NCBI RefSeq assembly: GCF_039654945.1
Contig: NW_027361982.1
Location: 1,178,001-1,242,000 of the forward strand
DNA: 64,000 bases
Reading direction: 5' to 3'
Origin: Dendrobates tinctorius
Lineage: Eukaryota
Below, piece by piece: positions 23,424 through 35,894 of this stretch. Made by a program: the position numbers and the translations under genes. The notes below the pieces were generated by a model. That model ran no database searches. It had not been told where the DNA came from and saw only the letters and a program-made list of their open reading frames with translations. Numbering within the stretch: position 1 is the stretch's first letter; each line of letters starts with the position of its first letter.

Positions 23424-26400
23424 CAGGGCCGGACTGGGACTAAAATTCAGCCCTGGCATTTGAAGTTACACAGGCCCACTAGTCACATGGTGACTATATA
23501 ATATCTTTGTACACTTGTAGTTTACAAGAAGTGAGAGGAGATTAACACGACTATATAACATGTAGTCAGAGCTGTGCCCAGTATTTCAGCTCAGTCCTAT
23601 TTATTGCTTTTAGGTACAGTACTCCTCCCAAAGCTCTGTCCCCTTTTTTATGCACTTTGACAGAATTCCTGGCAGAACTGCTATCCATTGGGCAACCAGA
23701 CCCCCTGGTCATAGCTGCCCCTATCATACCTCCCAACTTTTGAAGAAGGGAAAGAGGGACAAAGACTGCGGTGCTCGCAGGCCACGCCCCGGCCACATCC
23801 ATTTCGCAACTGGTCACACCCGTGTCCACGCCCAACTGCACCTATTTAGCACTGGTGATCACACTGACTGGTACTGAGGGCACAGTGGCTGGCATTATGG
23901 GCACACTGGCACTAAGGAAGAGAGAAAACAGAGAAAGAAAGGAGAGCGAGAGAGAAAGAACAGAGAGAAAAGAAAGAACAGAGAAAGAGGGGAAAGAAAG
24001 AACAGAGTGTGAAAGAAAAAAGAAAGATTACAGAAAGAAAGAACAGAGAGAGAGAAAGAAAATGAGGGAAAGACAGAACAGAGAATGAGAAAGAACAGAG
24101 AAAGAAAGATTCTATAAAGATACTATAGCAGCCCGGCTCCCATTGTAGTGCCCACCTGAGCCTCCCGATGCAGGACATATCATGATCCGCTCACATGGCC
24201 GGCATCCCCGATTCCAAGGCGATCCTGCTGTCTGCGCTGTCAGAGGAGAACATGGTGATGGATCTGAAGCATTACTAGTTCCACCACAATCTCCTCATGA
24301 AATTATCTCATTTCTGGTCAGTTTCCAGCACATCACTTCCGGTGGAAAGTCATGTGTGAGTTTTAAAATGCTCCTCAGGGCTCCGCTGTGTACTCCTGTG
24401 TCCGTGGGAAAAGCCCGCTTTGTATGCCTCGTACACACTTGGCTCCACTCCGTACATCCCGTACACATATGGCTCCACTCTGTACACACACACGGCTCCG
24501 CTCCGTACACCACGTACACGCGCAACACCGCTCCGTACACCTCGTACACGCGCGGCTTCGCTCCATGCACCTCGTACACGCACGGCTCCGCTCCATACAC
24601 CTTGTACACGCGCGGCTCCGCTCCATACACCTCGTACACGCGCGGCTCCGCTCACCTCGTACACACACGGCTCTGCTCCGTACACCTCGCACACACACGG
24701 CTCTGCTCCGTACACCTCGTACACATCCGGCTCCACTCCGTACACCTCGGACACACGCTGCTCCGCTCACCTCGTACATACGCGGCTCCGCTCCGTACAC
24801 CTCGAACATACACGGCTCCGCTCCGTAAACCTCGTACACACACGGCTCCGCTCCGTACACCTCGTACACATCCGGCTCCGCTCCATACACCTCGTACACG
24901 CGTGGCTCCGCTCACCTCGTACACACGTGGCTCCGCTCCGTACACCTCGTACACACGCGGCTCCGCTCCGTACACCTCGTACACATCCGGCTCCGCTCCG
25001 TACACCTCGTACACACACGGCTCCGCTCCGTACACCTCATACACACACGGCTCCGCTCCGTACACCTCGTACACACGGCTCCTCTCCGTACACCTCGTAC
25101 ACACGCGGCTCCGCTCCGTACACCTTGTACACACGCGGCTCCGCTCCGTACACCTCGTACACATCCGGCTCCGCTCCGTACACCTCGTACACACACGGCT
25201 CCGCTCCGTACACCTCATACACACACGGCTCCGCTCCGTACACCTCGTACACACGGCTCCTCTCCGTACACCTCGTACACACGCGGCTCCGCTCCGTACA
25301 CCTCGTACACACGCGGCTCCGCTCCGTACACCTCGTACACATCCGGCTCCGCTCCGTACACCTCGTACACATCCGGCTCCGCTCCGTACACCTCGTACAT
25401 ACACGGCTCCGCTCCGTACACCTCGTACACACACGGCTCCGCTCCGTACACCTCGTACACATCCGGCTCCACTCCATACACCTCGTACACGCGCGGCTCC
25501 GCTCACCTCGTACACACGCGGCTCCGTACACACACGGCTCCGCTCCGCACACCTCGTACACACACGGCTCCATTCCGTACACCTCGTACACACACGGCTC
25601 CTCTCCGTACACCTCGTACACACGCGGCTCCGCTCCGTACACCTCGTACACACGCGGCTCCGCACCGTACACCTCGTACACATCCGGCTCCGCTCCGTAC
25701 ACCTCGTACACATCCGGCTCCGCTCCGTACACCTCGTACACACACGGCTCCTCTCCGTACACCTCGTACACACACGGCTCCTCTCCGTACACCTCGTACA
25801 CACGCGGCTCCTCTTCGTACACCTCGTACACACGCGGCTCCGCTCCGTACACCTCGTACACACGCGGCTCCGCTCCGTACACCTCGTACACACACGGCTC
25901 CGCTCCGTACACCTCGTACACACGCGGCTCCGCTCCGTACACCTCGTACACACACGGCTCCGCTCCGTACACCTCGTACACACACGGCTCCGCTCCGTAC
26001 ACCTCATACACAGACAGCTCTGCTACATCTACCCTGTAAACCCCTCCTGACCCCACACTTACTTCCCTCATCCAGCACCATGACAACCAGCACAGCAGAG
26101 TCCTGCAGACACCAAGAGGCAGGGCTGTGCGCACAGGACCTGTGATGAGGTCACAGGAGGGGCGGAGTCAGGGGTCACATGATCAGGGGTCTGGACAAAG
26201 GCTCCTGATCATGTGACCCCTGACTCCTCCCCTCCTGTGACCTCATCACAGGTCCTGTGTACAGAGAAGAGAGCAGGCAAGCGACGCCGTGAGTGGCGGG
26301 GGGGGGGGTCTTATGCTAGGGCGAGGATGGGGGGCGGGGCGTGGCGGCTTATCTCCTTGCAGTGCGGGATAGAAATTTAATCCCGGGAGGGTTGGCTGTG

Positions 26401-26536
26401 CCCACAGAGGGCCGGCGGCAGGAACAACAGCCAGGACAGTGGCCGCATCAGCTGGCAAGCGGCCAGATGAGCGGGCGCTACCGCCCGCGGCCCAGCGGGA
26501 AAATGCCCGGTTGGGCATATTACCAATCCGGGACTG
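23424..26536. mobile_element. Non-autonomous hAT element with 8-bp TSD GGTGTAGG
   Basis: TSD at 23416-23423 and 26537-26544; imperfect TIR cagggccggactgg / ccaatccgggactg. Confidence 0.85.
24440..26010. repeat. 30-bp CpG-rich minisatellite (ggctccgctccgtacacctcgtacacacgc) inside the hAT element
   Basis: Tandem units visible. Confidence 0.95.
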
Positions 26537-27312
26537 GGTGTAGGCTTGAGACCAGTGTTAGGTTTAGGTCTAGGCTTGGGACCATTGTTAGTATTAGGAT
26601 TAGAGCTAGGCTTGGGGCCAGTATTAGGTTTAGAGTTAGGCTTGGGACCAGGATTAGTGTTAGGTTTAGGCTTGGGACCAGTGTTAGGTTTAGAGCTAGG
26701 CTTAGGACCAGGATTAGTGTTAGGTGTAGGTTTGGGACTAGTGTTAGTATTAGGTTTGGTGCTAGGCTTGAGACCAGGATTACTGTTAGGTCTGGTTTTG
26801 GTACCAGGGTTAGTATTAGGTTTAGTGCTAGGCTTGGGATCAAGATTAGTGTTAGGTTTAAGCTTTGGACTAGTGTTAGTGTTAGGTTTATTGCTAGGCT
26901 TGGGACCAGGATTAATGTTAGGGCTAGGCTTGGGACCAGTGTTAGATTTAGGTTTAGGGCTAGGCTTGGGACCAGGATTAGTGTAAAGTCTAGGCTTGGG
27001 ACCAGGATTAGTGTTAGGTCTAGGCTTGGGACCAGTGTTAGTGTTAGGTTTAGTTAGGCTTGGGACCAGGATTAGTGTTGGGTCTAGTTTTGGTACCAGA
27101 GTTAGTATTAGGTTTAGTGCTAGGTTTGGGATAAAGATTAGTGTTAGGTCTAGTCTTGGGACCAGTGTTAGTGTTAGGTTTCCTGCTAGGCTTGGGACCA
27201 GGATTAGTGTTAGGTCTAGGCTTGGGACCAATTTTAGGTTTAGTGATAGGCTTGGGACCAGGATTAGTGTTAGGTCTAGTCTTGGGACCAGTGTTAGTGT
27301 TAGGTTTCGTGC

Positions 27313-27521
27313 TAGCAGACAAAAAGGCAGCAACACTTGTACCTGCCCAGATATAGGAACAAATGCAGACAACAGATCTAGGAATTAGTAGGTGGAGAGT
27401 GGCTGTTTATCTGGTATTTTGCACCTGTGTTGCTAACATCTTGCTTTATGGGCTGGCTGCACCCTGTAGTGCATTTGTTCCTAGATCTGGGCAGGTAAGT
27501 GTTGCTGCCTTATTGTCTGCT
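27313..27521. mobile_element. Small MITE with ~55-bp inverted termini
   Basis: agcagacaaaaaggcagcaacactt... pairs with ...aagtgttgctgccttattgtctgct. Confidence 0.7.
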
Positions 27522-28762
27522 GTTTAAAAAAGATTTTTTGGAGACCTTGAGTCTTCTTTAGTGGCTTTGCTATTTAGGTTTCGTGCTAGGCTTGGGACCA
27601 GGATTAGTGTTAGGTCTAGGCTTGGGACTAGTGTTTGGTTTAGTGCTAGGCTTGGGACCAGGATTAGTGTTAGGTGTAGGCTTGGAACCAGCGTTAGGTT
27701 TAGTGCTTGGCTCAGGACCAGGATTAGTGTTAGGTCTAGTATTGGGACCAGTGTTAGGTTTAGTGCTAGGCTTGCGACCAGGATTAGGGTTAGGTGTAGG
27801 CTTGGAACCAGTGTTAGGTTTAGTGCTTGGCTCGGGACCAGAATTAGTGTTAGGTCTAGTATTGGGACTAGTGTTAGGTTTAGTGCTAGGCTCGGGACCA
27901 AGATTAGTGTTAGATGTAGGCTTGGAACCAGTGTTAGGTTTAGTGCTCGGCTCGGGACCAGGATTAGTGTTAGGTCTAGCATTGTGACCAGTGTTAGGTT
28001 TAGTGCTCGACTCGGGACCAGGATTAGTGTTAGGTCTAGTATTGGGACCAGTGTTAGGTTTAGTGCTCGGCTCGGGACCAGGATTAGTGTTAGGTCTAGT
28101 ATTGGGACCAGTGTTAGGTTTAGTGCTCGGCTCGGGACCAGAATTAGTGTTAGGTCTAGTATTGGGACCAGTGTTAGGTTTAGTGCTAGGCTCGGGACCA
28201 GGATTAGTGTTAGGTCTAGTATTGGGACCAGTGTTAGGTTTAGTGCTAGGCTCGGGACCAGGATTAGTGTTAGGTCTAGTATTGGGACCAGTGTTTGGTT
28301 TAGTGCTGGGATCGGGACCAGGATTAGTGTTAGGTCTAGTATTGGGACCAGTGTTAGGTTTAGTGCTCGGCTCGGGACCAGGATTAGTGTTAGGTCTAGT
28401 ATTGGGACCAGTGTTAGGTTTAGTGCTCGTCTCTGGACCAGAATTAGTGTTAGGTCTAGTATTGGGACCAGTGTTAGGTTTAGTGCTAGGTTCGGGACCA
28501 AGATTAGTGTTAGGTGTAGGCTTGGAACCAGTGTTAGGTTTAGTGCTCGGATCGGGACCAGGATTAGTGTTAGGTCTAGTATTGGGACCAGTGTTAGGTT
28601 TAGTGCTAGGCTCGGGACCAGGATTAGTGTTAGGTATAGACATGGGACCAAGTTGGGGTTAGAGTAATAAAATGGATGCATTTAACAAATATGTAATTAA
28701 AAAAATAACAGTATATGTTTTTGATATTTTTCTTGTTTTTTTATCAGATTGTAGCAAAATAT

Positions 28763-29200
28763 AGAAAATGCTGTTTCTAAGGCAAAGCCAACAAATGCCA
28801 GAAATTGTGGGATGTAGTTAAAGCGTCCTGGGCTGGAATAACAGGTGACCGGGGCCAGAAGTTGGGTGTCTCTATGCAACATAGATGTAAAGCCGTTGTA
28901 AAAAACTGCGGGTAACAATGAAATATTAGGTTAGTGATTCACGGAAATGATAAATTCACAAAAGATACATATTGTGAGTCTGTAAAGACAAATGCAGGCA
29001 GTGCTATATTTTAGAACAGCCCAATGTTCATGCTTTGTTATTTTCTGTAAAGTAAGTAAAAATTATCTACATTTCTCTTCATGTTTTGAAATAGAAATCA
29101 GCGTGCAACGTTCCCAGTGCTGGAAATAAAAACTAGGAGAAAGATTTTGTGATTAACTCGTGTTTGTGAACACACTGCTATTCTTTTGAACACTATTGTA
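28763..29200 (+). mobile_element. Tc1 transposon 3' half (transposase C-terminus and TIR)
   Basis: Degenerate ENAVSKAKPTNA..WDVVKASWAGI...MQHRCKAVVKNCG; ends actgctattcttttgaacactattgTA. Confidence 0.75.
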
Positions 29201-29398
29201 TGTCCTCAGTCTTGTGATTTTCAAATGGAAAAGAATGGGCTACCAGCGCCCGGGGCACAGTAAGTACTGCGCCCCCTAGCACAAGGGCCCTTAGCCTTCC
29301 CTGATCCCTTACGCCAGTCTAGGACTGAACCCCAAACACAAGTATTGTATGCTAAGAGAATACTAGTGGCCTGGAAGCTCACCCTTTACACCAAAATT

Positions 29399-30320
29399 AT
29401 TTTCTTTTATGTCACCCGATAAGTGTTCTATCGGATTACGGTCCGGGGATCGCGTCGGCCGCTCCATAACCTCAATTTTGTTGGACTGGAACCAAGATTT
29501 TGCTCGTTCACTGGTGCGTTTAGGGTCGTTGTCTTGGTGAAACACCCATTTCAGGGGCATGTCCTCTCCAACGTAAGGCAATATGACCTCTTCAAGTATT
29601 TTAATATCTGCAAACTAGTCCACGATCCCTGGTGTGCGGTAAATATGTCCGGCACCATAGTAAGAGAAACATGCCCATATCATGATGCCTGCACCACCAT
29701 GCTCCACAGTCTTCAGAGTGTACTGTGGCTGAATGCAGAGTTTGGGGGTCGTCTGACGAACTGTCTGCGGCCCTTGGACCCAAAAAGAACAATTTTACTT
29801 TCATCAGTCCGCAATATATTTCTCCATTTCTCTTTAGGACAGTTGATGTGTTCTTTGGCAAATTGTATCCGCTTCAGTACATGTCTTTTTTATTAACAGT
29901 GGGACTTTACAGGGACTTACCCTCTCCAATCAACTTTTTAATCCAAGTACGCTGTTCTTCAGAACAATGTCTCGAACGACCCATATTTCTCAGGCTTTCA
30001 AGGAGAAATACGTGTACAACATGTCCTGGCTTCACCCTTAAATAAGGGCCTCCTGATTCACCCCTGTCTCTTCTCTGAATGACTGACCTCACTCATTGAT
30101 CTCTTCACTGCTGTTATTGTGATTACACCGACTTTCAATTAATTATTCTAATACCCAGACTCAGAAACCTGCAGATCATGAATGCGGAATCTGAAGGTTT
30201 ACTTAAAATCTACTGCACAACTGGTAAATTGTGTGTCGTGTGGTGATATATTTTTATACCAAAAACCGTGATTAATCTGGTTAGTCATATTGGACTGCTA
30301 GTATTTTGAACACCCCTGTA
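29399..30320 (-). mobile_element. Tc1 transposon 5' half, degenerate transposase
   Basis: MGRSRHCSEEQR..IKKLI, TDESK, FHQDNDPK, SPDRNPIEHL; TIR TAcaggggtgttcaaaatactagcagt. Confidence 0.9.
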
Positions 30321-31989
30321 TACATCACCCGACCATCTGACGTGTTATGTGCCATATGCGATTTTTCTGCTACTTGTGGGTGGATTATTAGATCCTCCAG
30401 ACATTCGCATTAGGTGCAGGATCCACTACTTGATCATGACAGAAAAGTATGGAGGTGAGGAGCATGCTGGGGCAATATGGACGCCGTCTGTCATGCCATC
30501 TGTTAGATTTTGGCCTGTGCAGTTCTGAGCTGATGGCATCGTCGCTCGCCTCAGATCCTCCATCGTCACCATCTGTTCTGATCGGGATTTTCCACACCAG
30601 CGCACAAACAAGCAGCATGGAAAGGTGGGCACGTGCCCAGGTGGGAGAGCGGCCAGCTCCTGGCGCTGTCCAGGCACACAACAATCATCTCTCAGGGTGA
30701 CATGGAAACTGGGGGCAGCCGATCACCAGGCTGACAATACACAGTGACGACAATGGCGGTCAGACAAATATTTATCTGACTGAGCAATGGGCGATATTTA
30801 CCCAGCGCTGCTCGTCTCACACAAAGACCTATTAGTTTATTCCAGCCAGCAGCCCCATATAACGTTCCCATCAGGGCCGGACATACCATTGCTGCAACTT
30901 GTGCCGCTGCACTGGGGCCCTGAGTCCAACTCCAAGGCCTCTTGCATCACAGACACATAGATAGGAGCATTATAAAGAGCTAGTGGACTGTATGGGGCCC
31001 ATATACTGCACGGGGCCCCGTACATGATGTATGAAATATTAACCCTGGAAATATCAGTTGTTTTCTCCTGTCCAACCCTATCCTACCTTTGTGGCAATCC
31101 AAAGGTGTAATGGCAGACTTGTGCACTGCACCCCATAAACACAATCCTCCCCCTATGGGCACTATTGTGGTGAGCGCGCTGATTCCATCCTGTCTCCCCC
31201 CCCCCCCCCCCCCCCGAGGTAATGTGGGATCCCAGTCCCTTTCCGCAGCTCATTGCCAGCCCTGCGGATAATCATCACGCCACCTCTTCTCTGCAGCTTG
31301 TTTGCTTTCCTCAGCTCACGCTTGACCAGATTAGAACAGATTACAGATGGCAGCAAGAGCGATAAGAGACAGCGAACACTGCGATATGGAGACCGCAAAT
31401 GTGAGCTCGGGGACCAACGCTGCCCTGAGTCGTATTGATTAATTTCTGAGGAAATTAGGGCAGAGCTGCGTGGTTGCAGTGTCACCCCAATAATACATGT
31501 GCGCAGGCGATGGTACAGGTTATACGTGCTGTGTGTTTTTACACTTGTGGATTCAAGGTGAACGCTGCACCGTGGACCCTAGGCGACATCTTCGCCATCA
31601 CACCAGTATAAATCGGGAGGTCCTCAACCCTCCAGATCGTCCAACTGAAATTGAAGCCAAATTTTTGATAAGTGACAGGACCTGATTAGAAATTACAGTT
31701 GCAGCCTCTTGGTCATCATTATCGAGGAGAACGTGGGCGTGTAAATCCATGTAATCTCCGCACATGTGTCCCAGCCGCTCCCTGATTGAGATCCTGGAGG
31801 CAGAGACATCAGGACACAGAAAGTGACAGCGCATCCCGGCAGTCACTCAATGTAGAATAGACCAGGACCTGCAAACAGCAGGTCCTGATTTACAATCGCA
31901 TCTCCCCAATCTCTAGAATAGACCTGATCTGTGAATGAAGTCCTGATTTACATTCTCGTCTCCCAATCTCTGAAACTTGACCTGAAACT

Positions 31990-32635
31990 GCAGAAAGTCT
32001 TGACAATCTCATCTTCCAAATTGGGAATAGACCTGGTTTTATAGACAGAAGGTCCTGACAATCTCATCTTCTAATCTCTGGAATATATCTGAATTTGCGG
32101 GTAGAGGGTCCTAACAATCTTGCCTTCTAATCTCTGGAATACATCTGGATCCGAGGATAGAGGGTCCTGACAATCTCATCTTCTATTCTCTGGAATACAT
32201 CTGGATCCGAGGATAGAGGGTCCTGACAATCTCATCTTCTATTCTCTGGAATATATCTGGATCCGAGGATAGAGGGTCCTGCCAATCTCATCTTCTAATC
32301 TCTGGAATACATCTGGTTCCCTAGATAGAGGCTCCTGACAATCTCATCTTCTAACCACTGGAATATATCTGGATCCGCGGATAGCGGGTCATGACAATCT
32401 CATCTTCTATTCTCTGGAATATATCTGGATCCGAGGATAGAGGCTTCTGACAATCTCATCTTCTAACCTCTGAAATATATCTGGAACCGTGGATAGAGGC
32501 TCCTGACAATCTTGTCTTCTAATCTCTGGAATATATCCGGATCCATGGACAGAAGGTCCTGATAATCTCATCTTCTAATCTCTGGAATATATCTGGATCC
32601 GCGGACAGAGGGTCCTGACAATCTTGTCTTCTCAG
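31990..32635. repeat. ~60-bp minisatellite directly upstream of the GPCR ORF
   Basis: (ggtcctgacaatctcatcttctaatctctggaatatatctggatccgaggatagag)n. Confidence 0.9.
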
Positions 32636-32676
32636 TCTTCCCAACAGACTGGATCTGTAAATTTCTCCAGACACCA

Positions 32677-33807
32677 ATGTTTCTCCCATCTCCAGGCATA
32701 GGGATTGTTCCAGTTGACAAGGTTGATCCTCTCTGGGATGAGCGGCTATCCTCCATGTTGCTGGCCATGAATTTATCGTCCGCTGTTCCCGGGACCCCTG
32801 TCTCAGCCCCTTTGGTTACTGTGTCCAATGTACCCTATTTGGTGACAGAAGTGTTGACAGCGATCATCTCTGTGGTGGGCAACACTCTTATATGCCTGGC
32901 GATTATAAATGACCGCAGGCTCCGCACCGTCACCAACAATTTCCTGCTGTCTCTAGCTGCTGCGGACATGCTGGTGGGAGCCGTGGCCATCCCTTGTGCC
33001 ATCATGCTGGACCTGGGCATAGCTCGCTGCAGTCTGTTCTCCTGCTTACTCATGCTCTGCAACCTCATGACATTTTCTTTGGCGTCCATCTTTGGACTTT
33101 TAGCAATAGCGGTAGAACGCTACATCTCCATCTTATGCCCCTTCCATTACCGTTCTCTCGTCACGCCACGAGCTTCCATAATAGTGATAATCTGTACTTG
33201 GATACTGGCGGCACTCACCGGTTTGATGCCGCTCATGGGTTGGCGTAAACCATTCCCTCCCGAAAGCGAGTGCCTTTTCAGTAGCCTCATCTCGGAGTCT
33301 TACATGGTCTACTTGATATTTTTTGGCTGTGTGATCCCACCGCTGATCACCATGCTTGTGCTCTATGCCCGAATCTTCCTGGAAATTCGAAGGCAGATCC
33401 GACAGATTGCAGAATGGGCAGTGGACGTGAGTCGTCGGAGGAGGAGACGACGCATCGTGGTCAGGGAGTTCCGTATGGCCACCTCGCTGTTCATCGTCGT
33501 CTTCTGCTTCGTTGTCTGCTGGTTCCCCATTCATATCCTCAACGTTGTGCGACTCTTCTGTCCTCAGTGTTTGGTGCCCACAGACCTGGTGCTCACCGCT
33601 GTGATTCTCTCTCACGCCAACTCTGCTATAAACCCCATCATTTATGTTTTTCGAATGAGAACTTTCCGACGAGCGATAGAAGCCACGCTGTCCTGTTCTT
33701 GTGGCACAAGTGCTGTGGGAAGTGTCACTGCGTCCAGCCTGGCAAAAGCTGCCCATGGACAGAGGGGCGAAGGTCAAATCAGGGATGTTCCTCTGCCTGG
33801 CACCTAA
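32677..33807 (+). CDS. Adenosine receptor-like class A GPCR, single coding exon (376 aa; the start may instead be ATG 32767, MNLSS)
   Basis: Seven hydrophobic segments; motifs YLVTE..VVGN, NNFLLSLAAAD.LVG..AIP, SIFGLLAIAVERY, CLF, YMVY..FFGCV.PPL..M..LY.RIF, CWFP.H.LN and LSHANSAINPIIY are characteristic of ADORA receptors. Confidence 0.92.
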   Translation: MFLPSPGIGIVPVDKVDPLWDERLSSMLLAMNLSSAVPGTPVSAPLVTVSNVPYLVTEVLTAIISVVGNTLICLAIINDRRLRTVTNNFLLSLAAADMLVGAVAIPCAIMLDLGIARCSLFSCLLMLCNLMTFSLASIFGLLAIAVERYISILCPFHYRSLVTPRASIIVIICTWILAALTGLMPLMGWRKPFPPESECLFSSLISESYMVYLIFFGCVIPPLITMLVLYARIFLEIRRQIRQIAEWAVDVSRRRRRRRIVVREFRMATSLFIVVFCFVVCWFPIHILNVVRLFCPQCLVPTDLVLTAVILSHANSAINPIIYVFRMRTFRRAIEATLSCSCGTSAVGSVTASSLAKAAHGQRGEGQIRDVPLPGT

Positions 33808-34233
33808 ATTTATTGGAAGAAATCCAAGGTTTCCCACAGGGAATAAAATTGTCTGGGTCCGTTTATCCTAACACTGGATCTGAGACTGCTATATTTCCTG
33901 ACGTTCCCTCGTGTGACCTGGTGTAATCTTCTGTTTCTGAGCACCAAGAGGACCGTGCTATTCACACACGCAAGTCTGCATTGTTGAGCTGAGTTTGGTG
34001 CTTCCCTGCAGCAGCCATGTCAGTCTGCACTGCAGTCCTGTCATTCTATTCATGAAGCTACAAATGAACAGAACTGAAATAGTCCACCAGATAAGGGACA
34101 GCACAACTACATGAGGCTCCAGTGCTGTCATTTTTTACAAAATCCTCAGTAATATAGCAACTTGACCATCTGTGGTGGGTTCTGGAGTACGGTGGGATTA
34201 ATGGGGGAGCTTTTGAGACCAACGGTGATTTAA

Positions 34234-34607
34234 TTAGTGATGAGCGTGCATGCTCGTGTGTTATCCTAGTATCTCGGGCATGCTCGAATAATATGTTCGA
34301 GTGTCCACTGCTGTCTATTATTAGTATAATTTTACTCATTTATATAGCGCCATTAATTCCACAGCGCTTTACAGACATTATCATCACTGTCCCCGATGGG
34401 ACTCACAAACTAAATTCCCTATTAGTATGTCTTTGAAATGTGGGAGGAAACCGGAAAACCCAGAGGAAACTCATGCAAAGATGGCGAGAACATACAAGCT
34501 CCTTGCAAATGTCCTTGGTGGGATCTGAACCCAGGAAAAAGCAAACATATTACTTCAGCACGCCTGAGATACTCGGATAACACCCCAGGACGCTCGCTCA
34601 TCACTAG
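34234..34607. mobile_element. MITE (tagtgatgagcg...cgctcatcacta) containing a SINE insertion
   Basis: Terminal inverted repeats visible. Confidence 0.6.
34317..34535 (-). mobile_element. V-SINE-like tRNA-derived SINE with L2-type tail
   Basis: gtgggaggaaaccggaaaacccagaggaaac core, B-box-like ggttcagatcc on the minus strand, and a tatatagcgcc tail shared with the L2 copies. Confidence 0.7.
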
Positions 34608-35517
34608 TAATAATGTGACTGCAGTGAAATAAATGTGGTATCAAAGGTGTTTTATGTCTATTAAAGATCATTATTACCAGTAAGTTACATGGTATGTCAG
34701 CAAGCAGGAAGGGGCGCATTACACCTGGGAGATCGGTGGGTGCCAGGGTGCAGATCGCTCTGAAGCACTGCTCAGCTGGCAGGTGAGGCTCCTGCACCGA
34801 GCGCTCCATGGTTCATAGATATTTCTAGACAATCTGGGGCTCAGTACAAAAATGGCAATAACAAATCTGTAGTTTTATTACTTTTATGCAAAACTCTGAA
34901 AAAAATAATTTGTATTTGTGTCGCCATATTGTAAGAGCCAGAGGATTTACATTTTTCTATCAGCGCTGTAACAGGTTATTTTGTGTGACAAGTTGTAGTT
35001 TTCATTGCATTTTTATGATACAACATATCAATCACTCAGTATAACTTTATACATTTGGTATAGTATTTGTATCAACCCACAGAATAGTGTTTTATTTGCA
35101 AGCTTTACTATTGCACTAAAAGAAATCACTAATTTATTAGTGGGGTGGTCAGTATTTGGAGTCCATCTTTTTTCTTTCCAGTGTGAGACTTGATTTTTTT
35201 GTGTAATGAGCAGTAGAGTTTAATGGTAGCATTTTATGATATGTACAACTGATCAGTTTTTAGCTCATTTTTGTGATGAACAAACATTGCAGTTCACCAT
35301 AGTTTTTCAGTGACTTACCACTAGGTATAAATATTGAAAAATTTGTATAGTTTGGGTCGATACAGATGTGGCGATACTAAAATTTTTTTTTTTTTTTTTT
35401 TTTTTGGGGGGGGGGATGTTTGTGGGGCTAGGGATGGCGCCGATGGGATGGATAGAGCCCAGTGCAGTGATTGACTATCCCAGACAACCCCATATAAAGC
35501 AAATAGGATTGTGGTAA

Positions 35518-35879
35518 AGGCCCCTTTACATTTAGCGATGCACCAGCGATCCTGACAACGATACGACCCTGTCAGGATCGCTGGTGCATCGCTAAATGGT
35601 CGCTAGTGAGCTGCCAAACAGGCAAATCTCACAGCGACATAGCAGCGATCTAGCGGACGATACTTACGTCCTCCCACCCGCCTCCACGCGTCGCTCGTCG
35701 GCGCCAGCAGGAAGCGCCCGACGAGAAATGGAGCTGCGCGATCAGCGATGGACAGCGGGGGAGCCGGTCGGAGGTAAGTATCACACATAGCGATATCGCT
35801 AGAGATATCGCTGCTGCGTCACCAAATCGGTGATGCTTTAGCGATATTGTTAGCGATATCGCTATGTGTAAAACCCCCT
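35518..35879. mobile_element. Harbinger-like MITE (TAA flanks)
   Basis: TIR aggcccctttacatttagcgat / atcgctatgtgtaaaaccccct. Confidence 0.75.
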
Positions 35880-35894
35880 TAACACTGACCAGTA

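Larger units (their letters stand above)
23185..28660. repeat. TTAGG-like hexamer-derived minisatellite (30/60-bp period), interrupted by a hAT element and a MITE
   Basis: Units such as ttaggtttagtgctaggcttgggaccaggattagtgttaggtctagtattgggaccagtg; exact 60-bp register at 27.6-28.6 kb. Confidence 0.95.

Noticed and set aside
24182-28681. Long ORFs on both strands (HLVHTRLRS, PNTNPGP, RLGTRISV)
   Set aside because: Products of 30/60-bp tandem repeats, not genes.
30380-31850. Short ORFs in unique sequence considered as MEIOSIN bHLH exons or GPCR upstream exons
   Set aside because: No bHLH-like pattern or convincing phase-compatible splice sites found by eye.
33133-33926. Overlapping ORFs 33133..33837 (-) and 33414..33926 (+)
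   Set aside because: Shadow frames of the GPCR coding sequence.
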